Shown here piece by piece: positions 63,517 through 64,000 of a stretch of DNA of 64,000 nt. Both the position numbers and the translations under genes were made by a program. Every line of letters begins with the position of its first letter. Position 1 is the first letter of the stretch. This stretch comes from Marsupella aquatica (Eukaryota; Plantae; Marchantiophyta). Location: assembly GCA_973895155.1 (NCBI GenBank), contig OZ316897.1:1452515-1516514 (forward strand). Reading direction: 5' to 3'. The notes under the pieces are model-generated. The model did no database searches, had not been told where the DNA came from, and saw nothing but the letters and a program-made list of their open reading frames with translations.

Positions 63517-63930
63517 TCACTCTGATTCAGAATCGCTAATGACCCATTCCTCACTTGTTGTCTCATAGTCCTCTCTGTAAGGATCCTGACCCTTCCGTGG
63601 CCAGGCCTCAAAAAGATCATAATCCATTGGGCTTTGACGCTTCCCAACTGCTACTGATTCCACAAGCCAAGCATATGAAACCACAAACACATTATGGGAC
63701 ATGACATAAAAGCGAATGTCTCCCTTCCCAAACTTGCGGCAGGCTTTGGGATATGACTGAGTAATGACATGAGTGGTGTCCTCTGTTATATTCTCCTCCA
63801 CTGTCCCACCTAGGTCAAGCACTGTGGACTTGTACACTTTGCACTTAACCTCTCCAATTCCCGCCTCCACAAATACCATGCTCAGCCCTTTCAGAATGGG
63901 GGTTGGTTGCTTTGTCTCCTCAGCCAACAT
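63517..63930 (-). CDS. Stand-alone BRCT-domain protein (DNA polymerase lambda-like BRCT)
   Basis: LKGLSMVFV...LGGTVEE.....TTHVI...VVSYAWLVES...G.....DY BRCT signature. Confidence 0.8.
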   Translation of the reverse strand: MLAEETKQPTPILKGLSMVFVEAGIGEVKCKVYKSTVLDLGGTVEENITEDTTHVITQSYPKACRKFGKGDIRFYVMSHNVFVVSYAWLVESVAVGKRQSPMDYDLFEAWPRKGQDPYREDYETTSEEWVISDSESE

Positions 63931-64000
63931 ACTCTTCAGCCTTGTAGAGCTTTGTCCTTTGTTGAGTACAGGTCCATATTGGAGATCAGCAAGCCGTGCC

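Larger units (their letters stand above)
52501..64000 (-). mobile_element. CACTA/En-Spm transposon 2 (right end not seen in window)
   Basis: CACTAGAAG at 52501 followed by many TGTGAC/GTCACA subterminal repeats to ~52860. Tnp2 and TnpA-like genes on the minus strand. Confidence 0.88.

Overview
A 64-kb nest of transposable elements with no clear conserved host gene. It is probably from a non-seed land plant (inferred from TTTAGGG repeats, a Bianca-like Copia and CACTA elements). Contents: (i) Two CACTA/En-Spm elements. One has a SET-domain exon placed between the transposase zinc-finger exon and the catalytic exons. The other has F-box-like and Pol-lambda-like BRCT ORFs upstream of its transposase. 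(ii) A recent but disrupted Ty1/Copia element with a half-tRNA-Ile primer binding site. (iii) Six TG...CA units of 2.3-4 kb that look like solo LTRs. Four have 5-bp target-site duplications on both sides (one with a mismatch) and two lack their left end. Five contain a long ORF, and five share a conserved hairpin near one end. (iv) A degraded TET/JBP-like Fe(II) dioxygenase gene near a PIF1-helicase remnant. (v) A degraded beta-class N4C/N6A DNA-methyltransferase-like gene in a palindrome-studded element, with its SAM-binding motif replaced by telomeric repeats. (vi) A 5'-truncated LINE and a MITE. The two main leads are chromatin/DNA-modifying cargo on mobile DNA (SET, TET-like, amino-MTase) and protein-coding solo-LTR-like cassettes. 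All domain calls are by-eye motif recognition, not database hits.
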